Shown here piece after piece: positions 38,991-53,370 of a DNA stretch of 64,000 nt. A program made the position numbers and the translations under genes. The notes beneath the pieces are model-generated. The model searched no databases, had not been told where the DNA came from, and worked only from the letters and a program-made list of their open reading frames with translations. The number at the start of each line of letters is the position of its first letter. The stretch's first letter is position 1. Source of the stretch: Octopus vulgaris (taxonomy: Eukaryota); contig OX597814.1 in assembly GCA_951406725.2 (NCBI GenBank), positions 176,080,001 through 176,144,000 of the forward strand. The letters run 5' to 3'.

Positions 38991-39621
38991 GTATAAAAGT
39001 TTCATCTTTCGCATCACAATGAAAATAATCATTCGTTAACTGCTCTAAAAATAGATTTCTTTTATGTCACCTCCAAGCGATGTGATAAAAAAAATGTTAT
39101 TAGTCGTATCAAAAGTTTGTAAACATCGTCATAAAACACGGTTAAATTGTGTGAAATGACATTTCTTTCTTATGTTATTCGTTTAGTAATACATGATAGC
39201 ATTAAATATTAATTGAACAAATATACATGGATGCATTCATACATCATACAGACTTATCTAACTATCTATCTATCTATTTATCTATCCACCCATATTTATA
39301 TCTATTTACCTACCTATCTATCTATCTATCAATCTAGATATAGATATATATATATAGATATATATATATATAACATTTGGGTAATAAATGTATAACGTGC
39401 TTTTCAAAGCTCCTATTTGGATATCGGCTATCATAGGCTATCTATTATACAGCAGGAATTCTTTTACTGGATAGGTATGTTGGTATCTTTAGTGAATGCA
39501 TTATTCCTGCAAAAAAATATAATACATGCAGATGGAATGGACAGGCTTTGATCCAAATCACTACAATTGTTTCTGTGCGTTAGCATCTGTTGTAACTGGA
39601 GAGTATTCAATAATTATACAT

Positions 39622-39739
39622 ATTATTTAAATATGATCCGGCAGTAGCTGTGTGCCAGCACGTCATCATCAGTGCTCTCAAATCCACTCACCTGATGACG
39701 TGCAGGTACAGAGCTTTTGCCGGATCATATTTAGATAAT
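39622..39739. repeat. Fold-back inverted repeat (~47 bp arms)
   Basis: ATTATTTAAATATGATCCGGCA...GCACGTCATCA / TGATGACGTGC...TGCCGGATCATATTTAGATAAT. Confidence 0.8.
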
Positions 39740-40326
39740 AATATACATAATTTGTGAAACACTCGGCATTTATAGAAAACCCACAACGTTGTGGTACTGA
39801 AGTTAGCCGTAATTTTAGACTAGATGCTTTAATTGTTTGATGTTCTAATTTTGTATTCTTTGGGTTTAAATTTCGCTAATATCTGACCTTCATAATTTCC
39901 ATGTTCAATACAACAAATTCTAATAAATTTCTGAGTCGATTCATTTCATTAAACCCTCCTCTCAAACATGCATACACACATTCTCTTCTCTTATCGAAAG
40001 GAAATTAACAAGAAAATAAGACTTGTTAAGCGAGAAATTCCGGATCTGCTTTGTTTCGTATTGTATTCTTTTCGTTACCACTGAGTAAGAGTAAGCTCCT
40101 GATAAAGTAAATGCATGACTCAGTTTCTATTCTCAATTGTCACAATCACCATTGCTCAATTCCTCTGCGGAGCATCATGAGTAGATATAATTTTCTACTT
40201 TCGGCCCGAGCCATGAAGGTGGAAACAGTACAGAAGCCTTTGGGATTGCACTGCAAATTAAAAAGGTTGATCCCTATCATAGACAGTATCACATTGATTC
40301 TACCTAATTACATATGTACCCAATAT

Positions 40327-40730
40327 CTATTTCTTTACTGCCCACAAGGGGCTGGGCTACACACAGAGGAAACAAACAAGGACAGGCAAACGGATTAAGT
40401 CGATTACCTCGACCCCAGTGCGTAACTGGTACTTAATTTATCGACCCCGAAAGGATGAAAGGCAACGTCCACCTCGGCGGAATTTAAACTTTGAACGTAA
40501 AGACAGACGAAATACCTATTTCTTTACGACCCACAATGGGCTAAACACAGATAGGACAAACAAGGACAGACAAACGGATTAAGTCGATTACCTCGACCCC
40601 AGTGCGTAACTGGTACTTAATTTATCGACCCCGAAAGGATTAAAGGCAACGTCCACCTCAGCGGAATTTGAACTCAGAACGTAACGGCAGACGAAATACG
40701 GCTACGCATTTCGCCGGCGTGCTAACGTTT
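40327..40730 (-). mobile_element. SINE family B tandem dimer
   Basis: Two consecutive core+tail units of ~190 bp. Confidence 0.85.
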
Positions 40731-40996
40731 CCTTAAGGAAATATTATTGTGAAAACTTCTCTATTGTTCATGCTCTCTATGCAACATAGTGTTGCATACT
40801 TTCATATAAATTTCTCACATTTTTAATGCCATAACAAAAACCTTAATAATTCCTGAGCGACATTTGTTTCGGGTCCCTATGGAATGCTTGTATTTCGCGC
40901 CGAGAACAACTGTATCACTCATAATTTTGGGGTTGATAAACAAAGGTACCAGGTCCTGGTGCAATTCACACTCCTTCTCTTTGTCTCCCTCGCCCC

Positions 40997-41031
<35 letters not shown>

Positions 41032-41679
41032 GTTCTTTCATCATGGATGTTCTATTGGGTCAAGATTATGAGGGTATATAACTACAAGCGCACCCACTAC
41101 AATTACAATTTTTAGCTTTACTTCCTGCCGCATTCCATAGAATCTCCCAATTCATCTCTCAATTCCTCGAACGATCATTGAGTTTCTCCAAATTGATTAA
41201 GCTTCGTTCTCATTCTTCCACCTTTTAAAAGTTGCGCCTACATGAGGGCAACTTACAAAATGCTACTCAATAAATTCTGACAGTATATTTCAAACCATAA
41301 GCATCTGTGCTTCTTGACTTCCCTGCGTATGTTTAATTGATTTGTTTACTAGTATAAATCGAACAAGGTTTATAAGATTATTCAATTACGTCTAATAACA
41401 ACCAGTCTTCCAAGTTCCGTACGTGGTTAAGTAGTCATCTCACGAGTTCTATTATAACATGCATCGATCCTGTTTAATTGCGTCAAGTACGGGCATATAA
41501 TACATTCAGTTATTCTGGCTAGCCATTTGTTCATATAACAATAGAAATTAATTTCGGTACTTTGCAATTCTCGGTTCAAATCTTACCCAAAACAATATTG
41601 TAGGTCGGTATTCAGCAGTCAATAAAATGTGTACAAATGGTAGGTCTCAATTCCATTGTAATATTATTTAATAACCAAA

Positions 41680-41845
41680 AGGTGTGGCTTTGTATTAATA
41701 AGTTTGCTTCCCAACCACACGGTTCCGTGTTCTGTCCCGCTGTGTGGCACTTTGAGCAAGTGTCTGCTCCTGTAACCTCGAGCCGATTAAGACGCTTTGT
41801 GAATGGATTTCGTGGATGGATACTAAAAGAAGCCCGTCGTACATA
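41680..41845 (+). mobile_element. SINE family A head, diverged
   Basis: TTGCTTCCCAACCACACGGTTCC...AAAGAAGCCCGTCG. Confidence 0.7.
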
Positions 41846-41871
41846 TATCTATGTATATACGTATGTATGTA

Positions 41872-41919
<48 letters not shown>

Positions 41920-43138
41920 AGAAAAAAGCAACAAAAATGGATCAATATTTGGGTACAATTGTTTCGTACGAAGACCACCTTTATTAAGGCTGCAAATATT
42001 GCAGCAAATACAAGTGACCCGTACTCATCAACCGAAAAAACATCTGAGTTCTCAAAACATCTAAGGGGTGAGGCTACACTCCTGAAACATCAGGGATAGT
42101 TCTATAAAAATCAGATTTAGATAATAAACGGACTTCCAAAGTTCTTTAATGTTGCACAGTCATATAACAGGTTTTAAAAAAGTATTTTAAAAAACCTCTT
42201 AGTTTCACAGAAAATGAAAATGTAAATCCATCCATAATGAAGTAGGTTTGAATTCTGGAGATATGAGGAGAGATTTCATACTCACAGACGATGTATTTAT
42301 CCATAATTAGTCCATAACAAAGTGGGTTTCCTGGTGTATGATGATATACTGGTTGCATTTCTGATCATTTCTCAAAACTGCTATGTTAGAATTAGTTGAA
42401 GGAAATTTAGTGGAGCGTAGAGACAATCACTCACATAGGGTATAATGGGGTAACTGAGAGGAGAAGGGGTTGTAAATATCCAACTACGCAGAATAGTTTA
42501 TTTCAGTGGAGACAGACTGACTGGGTCAGAATTTGCAAGAATCTAAGAGTTTTAAAGAGGAATGCTATTCTTGACCAGTATACCGTTGTTAATTGCTATA
42601 TAAAGAGGACACGGGAAGGTAATGGCGGGTCAAAGGTTGTCACTATAGGAAAAAGCATTAACAGATTTCAGTGCAACACTAGAAAGGAGGTCATTTAATT
42701 TATTTCTTTATTTATTAATGTTACTACTTATACATTGGCAGACTTTGGGACTACATTTAGGGGTCAAAAGAAAGAATTGAGGGTATTGTTTTTCATAATG
42801 CAAAATCGTTATATTATTTCTATGGGATTAGCTTTAATTTACTTATAGTATATAAAAGAATTACGAAGTCTTATTAACTTATTTGCTTTAAGTTGGTTTA
42901 CCTAAATTAGATTAAAAATTAGATTAAATTAATTTAAATTATCTATATAGTCTATTAGAATGAAAGTTTTTTGCAACTAATTTATTTCTTTATGTTCCAA
43001 ATCTGGTACAGTTAGAGAGAAGATAGCCATAGCTTATGAGCTCGCAGCTATCTATTTAAAATATATAATATATAAGAGTATTGCTTTATTAGTATAAGCA
43101 AGATAGACAAATCACAAAATGGTTTTTATATACGATTA

Positions 43139-43627
43139 TCATTTAACATATTTTAGAGTCTTAATTCTAGCGTGAATACAAGAGGGACCCAATTCTATAC
43201 AGTTATTCAATAAGTCACCATTTCTTCTATGCATTAGTATTTCAAATGTTTCCATGGAGCAAAGTTGGCAACCAACTCTGTTATTTTTATAAGGCATCGC
43301 TCTTCTAACTAATTCCCAATTAAGGTTATATTTAATATTATTGTTTTTGAGTTCCCAGATCTTAATTGAAAGTGTCGTGCTATCAGCTTTATGACGTAAT
43401 TTGAAAGAAGAGAGATGGTTGCTAAGACGTTTTTTAAAATTTATAGTACACCGTAAATAAATAAATTTGTTATTCTCTGTAGTTATGGTACATTTATAGA
43501 TTACGTTATTTAACCCGCATAGACCAGGTGCCGGGCATTTTGATCTAATTCTACAGTTACACCTAGGGGGATCATTTTCCGATGTGGGATTACTCAAGGA
43601 TAGATGTCTCATATTCCTGCTATTCAA
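43139..43627 (-). pseudogene. Penelope-like GIY-YIG endonuclease domain (truncated; no RT)
   Basis: CNCR..C..GLC linker, NVIYKC...IYLRCT (YIG altered), FKKRLSNH, TTLSIKIWELK, CQLC..E, LLN, CIH. Confidence 0.85.
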
Positions 43628-43800
43628 ATCATTATGAGTATATTTTTCATTATTATAGTTAATGCTGCTATCTAAAATAGTGTTATCGTTATTATAGTTG
43701 GAAGTCCGTTTATTATCTAAATCTGATTTTTATAGAACTATCCCTGATGTTTCAGGAGTGTAGCTTCACCCCCTTAGATGTTTTGAGAACTCAGATGTCT

Positions 43801-43890
43801 TTTCGGCTGATGAGTACGGGTCACTTGTATTTGCTGCAATATTTGCAGCCTTAATAAAGGTGGTCTTCGTACGAAACAATTGTACCGAAA
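43801..43890 (+). ncRNA. Type-I hammerhead ribozyme, canonical core, extended stem II
   Basis: TTTCGG-CTGATGA-GTACG...CGTAC-GAAA-CAATTG-TA-CCGAAA; stem I 6 bp, palindromic stem III, GUA cleavage triplet. Confidence 0.85.
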
Positions 43891-44199
43891 TATTGATATT
43901 TTTTGTTGCTTTTTTCTTGTTTATAATCACCCCGCATTATCTTATGGTTAATACCATATAGATTTCTGGTGCATCTAAGTTCCGATTCCTCTCGCCAAAG
44001 AGCTGCAGTTTGTAGGTACAAACGGCTAGGGTGGTTATCCGATTCCATGGCGGCTTATGGGTACCTGATATTCTTAGCAGCCTCTGTATTTTGCTCCGCT
44101 GGTATGGAACGGTCCGACTGACCTGCAAGAGACTAATGCCCATTTCCTAGAATTGTTGTAGCTTTCAAATGAACCCACCACGCCGACTACGCCGGCAGG

Positions 44200-44278
<79 letters not shown>

Positions 44279-44733
44279 TAAATTAGAGATAAAACCACTA
44301 TTAGGCAAATCAAACAATGAAAAACATAAGCCAATACATAAAATTAATTTAATTTATATTATTTTAAATATATATCAAAAGTATTAAAAGTTTAATAAAA
44401 GATAAAGAGTAAAACACTACGATCGTTTCATGGCTGTACAATTCGAATAACAATAATTTAAATCCAATTAATATATATATACGGAAAGAAGAGGTGTATT
44501 CCGACGAAGGAGAATATATAGGGGAATTTGTTTTTGAAAATGCACCTGAATTTGTCGTTGCTTTTAAATAGATTTATTCACATACATACCAAACTTGTCT
44601 CAACAATATTTTGTTTATCAATTGTAGAAATGTATATAAAACAATGGGATTTTTAACAGAGTTTAAAATTACGAAGTAGAAATCGAAGAAACATATTTAA
44701 ACTATCAAATGAATATATATATATTAGTATATG

Positions 44734-44784
<51 letters not shown>

Positions 44785-44949
44785 GTGTGTATGTGTATTT
44801 CAATGTGTACAAACAACACCGGAAAATTTTTTTTAAATAGTTACCAGGGTAGCAAAAAGTTCACTTAAGTACCAAGAATGTTACAGCCTACTTATAAAGG
44901 TAGAAATTCCAAGTTTAGTGAAATGTTTTTGTATATCAGATAAGTAAAG

Positions 44950-45545
44950 TAATGGAGCTAAACGCATGTGTTATTCAAATGTTTATACTTTCGACATTTG
45001 TTTCGAAGAAAACATTGGTATTATTCCAGAGGGAATAAAATGATGTAAAACAATGCGATCTTCTCATCAGGGAAAACAAAGAGAAACAAAACACATTAAT
45101 AAGCCATTTTAACCGAATGTGATGACTGCGTGTATGATGAAGGGAACGCTGGCAAGTTATTTTTTTATAAAACCGTTAATAGATTTAACGTCAAATGCAA
45201 TTTAGAGAAAGAGAAGGAGGAGAAAGAAAGAAATTAGCAGAAATCCAGGAGTGGAGAAATATAGTGCGATAGATGATTGGGAATAAAGCTTAAAGACGTG
45301 GAAATAGATAAATTTAGTGGAAATGAAATGTAAGAAGACAGTTAAAGGTCAAATTTTATAGATTGGTAGAAATTAATTATCTATAAGTAATTTCTCTTTT
45401 TTTTTTCTTTTTTTTTTTTCCTGATGAGAAGATCGCATTGTTTTACATCATTTTATTCCCTCTGGAGTAATACTAATGTTTTCTTCGAAACATATGTCGG
45501 AAGTATAAATATTTGAATAACATCTGCGTTTTAACTCCATTTCTT
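44950..45545. mobile_element. PLE-type inverted repeat pair (44950-45072 / 45418-45542), each arm with a hammerhead
   Basis: ~120 bp arms in inverted orientation around a ~345 bp spacer. Confidence 0.75.
45417..45502 (+). ncRNA. Type-I hammerhead ribozyme, canonical core
   Basis: TTTC-CTGATGA-GAAG...CTTC-GAAA-CATATG-TC-GGAA; GUC cleavage triplet. Confidence 0.75.
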
Positions 45546-46539
45546 TATTTATATGTATGTATATATGCATATATATATATATATATATATATACATACAT
45601 ACATACATACATACATACATACATACATACATACATACATACATACATACATACATACATACATACATACATACACACACACATATATATATATATATAT
45701 ATGTTAATAAACACACACACACTTATCAGGAAGCGTAGCTCTGAGAGAAATTTTAATGACGTAAACACATTCCGTCAATGGTTTTACTGTGAAAAGTAGG
45801 AAGACTCTCATGACGGCTGTTTCGCAGTTTGTTGACCAATACTTAGAGAATACGTACTCGTTTTGCGTCCCCAAATCCATAGCATAGAATATAAAGCATA
45901 TAAAGCAATAAAAATGAAGCCTTCAACGTATTGGATAGCATACATCGCATATTTATGGTTTTTGCGGCTCACCATTGATTAAGCAGTATATATTTTATAC
46001 AAAATACAGCACAAATCAGAAAGGCTGAAATAGATTTAAATATTAGAATATCTAAATTTGGGGGAATTATAAGATCGAAAGCATATTCTTTCAAGTTTTC
46101 CGATGCGCATGAAAATTTAAACTAACCACTACGCTAATAATTTATACAAGGTGACTTCATATAATAGCTAAATATGCTAAGCTATCAGCTTGAGAAGGAA
46201 ATCGGGCAAATATGGTATCTATACACACACTTACATACAGACTTGCATGTATACTGGAATAGGCATAAGGCCTCAAATGGAGGAGAGTCGTAGAAGATTA
46301 AAGCAACCTCGAAATTTTAAAGGAACTGTTGACTTCGGTAGGATTTGAACCCAGAGCTAAAAGAATCAGAGAAACAACGTGAAACATTTTGTCCAACGTT
46401 GTATCGATTCTACTGATTCAATAAAGAATGCACACATATACATACTTACATATGTCATATAATATCTTAAGGCGGTGCCCCAGCATGGCCGCGGCAGTCT
46501 AATGACTGAAACAAATAGTAAATATATATATATATTCTT

Positions 46540-46868
46540 TTATCCTTCTTTTACACATTTCAGTCATTTGACTGCGACCATGCTGGAGCACCACCCTAAA
46601 AGGTTTCAGTTGAAGAAATCGACCCCAGGACTTATTCTTCGTAAGCCTAGTACTTATTCTATCGGTACTTTTGCTGAACCGCTAGGGTGTCAAACGATGG
46701 TAAAGGGAACAAACACGGACACGACGCCTTTCCGTCTACCAAATCTACTCACAAGGCTTTGGTCGTCCCGAGGCTATAGTAGAAGACAAGGTTCCACGCA
46801 GAGGCACTGAAGTTCGAACCATGTGTTTTGGGAAGCAAGCTTCTCACATCACAGCCATTGCTGCGCTT
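46540..46868 (-). mobile_element. SINE family A, diverged and deleted
   Basis: Homology to other copies; small opposite-strand tail fragment at 46468-46520. Confidence 0.75.
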
Positions 46869-48169
46869 ATACACACACATACAAATAATGAAAGTATTTT
46901 TTTTTCCTTTCTAATTTCTCACTGCGACGTTTTCGTGAAGTTATTTATTTGTTCTCGTAAAAGAGATATAAAAATATAAAACAGCTGAATAAAACAATAT
47001 GAAAGAAAAGGAAAAACACCAATAGCGAAACAGAAGAAAATGTACATAATTATGAAAAATATCATGACTTTAAATATTTTGTAATATATCACGTGATTGT
47101 CTTTCGTTTTGGAGTTTTTATATTTTGCCTATTTTCATTAAAATCTCTCGTCTCACTTAGTGGAGATTATTTTTAGCATATTATTTTACTATCTTCAGTT
47201 CGTGACAAATGAATATGCGGCTTTCATTTACGTTTTATTTTTATATGTCGTTTGTCGGTTTGTATTTGTATTGTTTTTTTCTTCTTCTCCCTTTGTGTCT
47301 GATTTTAAAAATCTAAAATAGACGAAAGCTTTCTTTTAGAAATATTTCACAGCTTTAGACATATTGAAAACTTGAAAACACGGATAATTCTTTTAATGAA
47401 GTTATTAATATACACACTGGAAAAGTAATATGATTAACATGTTCGATTCTACGTCTTCCTTTAAAAGATAATTTTGTTGATGCAGTTGTTTTTGGTGTTT
47501 TTGTTTTCCTTTTCTATCTCAATATCAGTTAATGAATGTCTTAGAGCAATAAACAAGCTCTTAGTGGGCCGACTCCGTGAATCAGTTTCAAGTCCTTATT
47601 GAAGCTTCGCTATTGTTATTTTGACAGCACAAAATCTCCATATGCCGCATGTAAAGTTATATTTGTGAAACCATCTGGGCAAGAATTAACATAAAAACGG
47701 TCAGTAGACTTGATAAGCTTTCAGGAACAAATACGTCAGCGATAGATGCGGCGGTATGAAATAGAATGGAAATAAAGCCTAAGGAAGCGTATGTTCTTGA
47801 TCAATGAGAAAAGCTAGGTACTAATGTACTCGGTCATGACTTTTCGAAAGAGAAGTCTCTACTTGAAACTATGAAGCCGAACAAAAAATTCTTGACGGAA
47901 AGGAGCGATATTCAATCAATGAATAATAAATGCTTCACTGGCTTTGAGGAAACAGTTCTACTCGTATTATTATCATTATTTTTTTTTCCTTCTTTCTTCA
48001 AATTTTCTTCCGTTTCTCGCCGAGTGTTTTCTATACCCCTAGGGCAGAGAAGCTCATTGTATGCATTCCCAGATTGCACGCGCAAATTCACAGATAAATT
48101 ATGTATTTAAAAATTAATAAATAAATATTCATGGATGGATGTTGTTTTCACAGCGATAATGCTCTTCTC

Positions 48170-48228
<59 letters not shown>

Positions 48229-50789
48229 ATTAATATTAGTATTATTATTATTATCGATTGGATTAACTGGGGATCATCGTCGTTTCGGACGATGAGTATT
48301 CAATTGTGAGATCAACTGCATTACTTACTCATTAAATTAGCCAGTAAGTGGCTGAGCATCTTTCAAGCATGTGTATTCATAACGAAATTCTCAGGCAGAA
48401 TCAGTGTGACACTGTATGTTAAGGATCAAGCTTGTTAATTACAACTGCAATCAATCTGAAGGGTTCTATATAGTTTCCATCCACCCAATTTCATTCACAA
48501 GATAGGATTTTATCGGAGACTATAAAAAAAAAATTACATATTAAGTAGTTCCAAAACGCTACGCTGTGGAATTGAACCAATGGCCTCGTGGTTTTGAAGC
48601 TACCTTCTTAACCATTCGGCCATTCTGCACCTGTTACAGTGTTATAAGGGAAGTAAAATAGCATTCAGGATTCGAAACAGACTTTGCCTCTAATCCTTCT
48701 AGGGTGATAAAGTTAACTACCTGCCAAATACTGACTCAGATTTAATCGACTGAAGCTTATGCTTTTGAGATTTCTTGAAGCAAGAGACTACGGTTGTGCA
48801 ACCCGAGTGAACATGTTGAGTGTTATTTGCACTTTAATGGCGGATGTGAGTATAAAACCTTACCCACCATTGGGTACAAGGTCGCTGCTTCTCATTGCAG
48901 CGACCTTGTACCCGACGCTGAGAAGCTGTAGCGGAAAGATTTTACAATGAAAAGATACTCTGGATACTGTAATCTCTGATACACGGTTTAAATAAGAGAT
49001 GAGATCGTAATAGCTGGAATCTCTTTTATCATACATCAGTTTAATCAAGGCTGACCGAGTTTTAAATAGCAACTGCAATTGGTTTTCTGTCTAAGCTCCA
49101 CTTCAACTAACCTCTACAATGCAGTAGTTACTCAACATTACCACAGTTAGATAAATATCTGTTTCTCAGGCAACGAACGTATTTGAAAAATATATTTTAT
49201 TTCCTGATTTTATTAATTTATTTTCCTTTTTTACATTCCTTTTTTCCTTCTTTCTTTTTTCTCTGTTCTTGTAAATCTTGTTCCGAAATTAAAAAAAGAA
49301 GAAGAAATTAGAAGAAAATATATATACAACACACATACATACAGCATACAAGAGACATTCACACTCCCATACAGAAATATATAGTAAATAGTTCAATGGT
49401 TATTGTTAGACAATATCTCGTCAATGCTATGGTCTTGTAACGTAATTAAAAAAGTCGAGTAGGAACAACACGGTAAATGAAAACAATAAAGGAAGTTAAA
49501 CTAGAATTTATTGCAAAAGAAGAGAAAGACAAACTGTACGTGGTGTATGAATGGGAAATGAAGAATCTAAGTAAATAATCTGTGTGTGCATTCTTGGAGC
49601 GAAATCACGGAACTTGACTAAGAAAAAAATTCTTCATCATTTCAACAGACGCTATGACTGCGGATTTAAAAGACAAAAAGAATTACAAGCAGGTTTTACA
49701 TGAAAAATAAATAGCATTAATTTTAAAATTTAAAACCGAAAAAAAGAATAAATATCATTGCAGTAATGCTAAAATTTGTAGTGCTTATACAAAAGTAATT
49801 ATTCATTACAAATCCTAGCAAATAAGTGCAATAAAAGAATTTTCTCACGTCCCGTGTTTCCACGTGCCGTTTGAGAAAAAATCCTATTGCAGCTGAGTAA
49901 AATTAATTTCCCCAATAAACACCGAGTAAAAATTTCCAAAACAGCAACAGTGTATTGTATCAAATTGACTAGTATCTATTTTACATATATCGGAAAGTAA
50001 ATAATGTGGAAAAAATTATAATCTCATTAGATATAAACCAAGTACTGTGGTCGTTATTATGGACTATACCTTTAAAATGCGTTAATTTGTCCCTGTATCA
50101 GAAATTCTTGACAACCAGCTGAATAAGAGGACAGGTTGGCAGAATAATAAACGCGCTGGACAAAATGCTTAGCGTTTAAGTTCAAATACCACCGAGGTCA
50201 ACTTTGCCTTTCATCCCATTTGGAGTTTATAAGATAAGTACCAGTTGCATACTGGAATCAGTGTAATTGACTTGCTCCTTCCCCGAAATTTTAGGCCTTG
50301 TGCCTATAGCAGGAAAGATTATCATATACACCCGAATAAGGCAACGGCTAACAAAATCGTTAGTGCGTCGAACGTGGTGGCATTTCTAGCAGCTCATTGC
50401 GTTTTGAGTTCAAATCCCACCGAGCGCGATTTTGTCTTTCGTCATTTTGCGATCGATAAAATTAGTACCAGTAAAGTAATGTAGTTGCTGTAATCGACTT
50501 AACCCTCCACCCCGCCCCCCAAAAAAAACGCAGGACTTTTGCCAAAAGTAGATATTGCCCTAATCATATGCCCTAATCGTTATAATGTCAAACAAAATCC
50601 TTTACTGACCATTAAGTTCAAATCTCATCGAAATCAATTTTAACTTTCATCTTCTCGGAGTCAATAAGATAAGATAATGTACCAATCAAGTTTCTGAGGG
50701 ATCGATTTATTCTCTTCCTCAAATTTATGGCCTTATGCCTATATTAGAAACCTTGTATATTAAAATCTTAAAAATAATAATTGTTCTGA

Positions 50790-51256
50790 AGGCGGCGAGC
50801 TGGCAGGAACGTTAGCACGCCGGGCGAAATGCTCATCGATACTTCGTCTGCCGTTACGTTCTGAGTTCAAATTGCGTCGAGGTCGATTTTGCCTTTCATC
50901 CTTTCGGGGTGGATTAACTAAGTACCAGTTGCGTACTGGGGTCGATATAATCGACTTAATCCCTTTGTCTGTCCTTGTTTGTCCTCTCTGTGTTTAGCCC
51001 CTTGTGTGTAGTAAAGAAATGCGTATTTCGTCTGCCGCTACGTTCTGAGTTCAAATTCCGCCAAGGTCGACTTTGCCTTTCATCATTTCGGGGTCGATAA
51101 ATTAAGTGCCAGTTGCGTACTGGGGTCGATGTAATCGACTTAATCCGTTTGTCTGTCCTTATTTGTCCTCTCTGTATTTAGCCCCTTGTGGGCAATAAAG
51201 AAATAGGTATTTCGTCTGCCGCTACGTTCTGACTTTTGGGCAATAAAGAAATAAGA
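50790..51256 (+). mobile_element. SINE family B with tandemly repeated core+tail
   Basis: Full copy followed by a second unit and a partial third; degenerate copies also at 50130-50750. Confidence 0.88.
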
Positions 51257-52064
51257 AATAATAATTGTTAATACTCGGATGGAAGAAAGAGCTATGATAG
51301 GTAGAACTGGTTGGACCCTGAAGAGTAAGCTGTACTGTAGTTACATTTTCAATAATATTTTAAGTCACACTAACATCGACTCATTCAAGTACTGGGTCGC
51401 TCGAAGGGCTATAAGTAGCAATCAAATCTCAACAGATTAACACTTTCGTTTAAAAAAAAAAAAACAGACGTATGACAGAATGTTAGTTCTCGATACGGAA
51501 GATCACAGGATAGTAATAGTTGGATTGCCTTTGCTCTTTGGTCTATTCAACCAAAGTTAAACCCACATACTCTTATACATCATCGATGTTTATACTTTTC
51601 ACAAGAATATTCTAATCAAAACGAGTAGTTAATATAATTGATTCAATTGAAACTCAATATTTTTACCTGTTTTAATTTATCAGTCGCAGATGGATGAACA
51701 TAACAGAATTTTAACCTAAATATCAGCAAAGATCAAAAACAGAATTCAAAACATTTAGATTTTTTCTTTCTTCTTTTCTGTCTGTCGTACATAATATCAC
51801 ATCTCATAGAAACTATAGAAATACAGACGGTTTTAAATGTCACTTCACTGTATGCGTCTGTTAACTTTCATATTTTAGTACCTTGTTTTTATTTTCTACC
51901 AACTACTTTACTGTAAAATACTTGCATATATGCTTTTATACGAAATTAGTATAGACAGTCAAGTAATAAATGTCTCTTTCCCTTCTTCGTCTAACTCTGT
52001 ATACATACATACGTATATATGTATGTATGCATGTATGTATAGTTTACATATAAATATACATACA

Positions 52065-52125
<61 letters not shown>

Positions 52126-52177
52126 ATTTATATGTGAACTATGATATATATATGTATGTATATTTATATGTGAACTA

Positions 52178-52221
<44 letters not shown>

Positions 52222-52413
52222 TTTATTTAAAGTATATATATTTACTCCGGTATATATATATATATATATATGTATATTTGTATATGAACTATGATATATA
52301 TATATAAACGTATATGAGTATATATATATGTATATATTCATATATATATATGCACATACATATGTACATATATGTGTGTGTATGTGAGTGTGAAGTATAT
52401 ATATATATATTAC

Positions 52414-52624
52414 AAGAAATGAGGTACTCAGAAATCTGGATGGTTTTATATTTACAGATATTTATTAATAAGTCACAGGTTTTTATAAATCATATAATAG
52501 CGCTTGCGTCCACTCTAGTGGAGTTGCCGACGCAAGCGCTAATATACGATTTATAAAAACATGTGACATATCAATAAATATCTGTAGATATAAAACCATC
52601 CAGATTTCTGAATACCTCATTCTT
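52414..52624. repeat. Long fold-back hairpin (~97 bp arms) between (TA)n tracts
   Basis: ATGAGGTACTCAGAAATCTGGATGGTTTTATA...TAGCGCTTGCGTC / GACGCAAGCGCTA...TATAAAACCATCCAGATTTCTGAATACCTCAT. Confidence 0.9.
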
Positions 52625-52626
52625 CT

Positions 52627-52674
<48 letters not shown>

Positions 52675-52678
52675 TATA

Positions 52679-52756
<78 letters not shown>

Positions 52757-53019
52757 AATCTGATCGACATAAAAGGTTATACACGTAAAATACAGTAGGA
52801 ATAACGGACGTGAATGTGAATTTCAGTTTAACTTCAGATATGGCACTTGTTTTCGACTATTGTCTTCATCTTATTGCTCGATACATACAACAGTGTTTTT
52901 AATACAACTTTGAACTATTATATTTTATAAAAGCATTTTATTGAACCAACTGCTGTTACCATTTGGCGATTGAATATTATTACTAGCAATAAGCATACAA
53001 TCTATTATAGAGGCGCAAC

Positions 53020-53370
53020 ATGTATGTATGTATGTATGCATGTATATGTGCATGTATGTACGTGTGTTTGTGTGTATGTGTTTAAGTCTGTATGTATGTA
53101 TATATATGTATGTATATATGTTTGTATCTATGTATGCTTGTATCGATGTTTGCATGCATGTATATATGTATGTTTGTATGTATGTATGTATGCATGCATG
53201 CATGTATGTATGCATGAATGTATGTATTCATGCATGTATGTATGTACGTATGTATGCATGTATGTATGTATGTATGTTTGTGCATGTATGTATGTATGTA
53301 TGCATGTATGTATGCATGTATGTATGTATGCATGTATGTATGTATGAACGTATGAATGTATGCATGCATG
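53020..53370. repeat. Degenerate (TATG/CATG)n microsatellite
   Basis: Seen directly. Confidence 0.9.

Larger units (their letters stand above)
41917..44200 (-). mobile_element. 5'-truncated Penelope-like retroelement with inverted terminal repeats (41917-42139 / 43698-43920)
   Basis: GIY-YIG ORF, ~1 kb 3' region, ~223 bp inverted repeat carrying a hammerhead, (TA)n on both flanks. Confidence 0.85.

Noticed and set aside
52840-52875. Minus-strand GATGAA-GAC(aata)GTC-GAAA hammerhead-like motif
   Set aside because: Core 5' bases and stems I/III are degenerate; at best a decayed remnant
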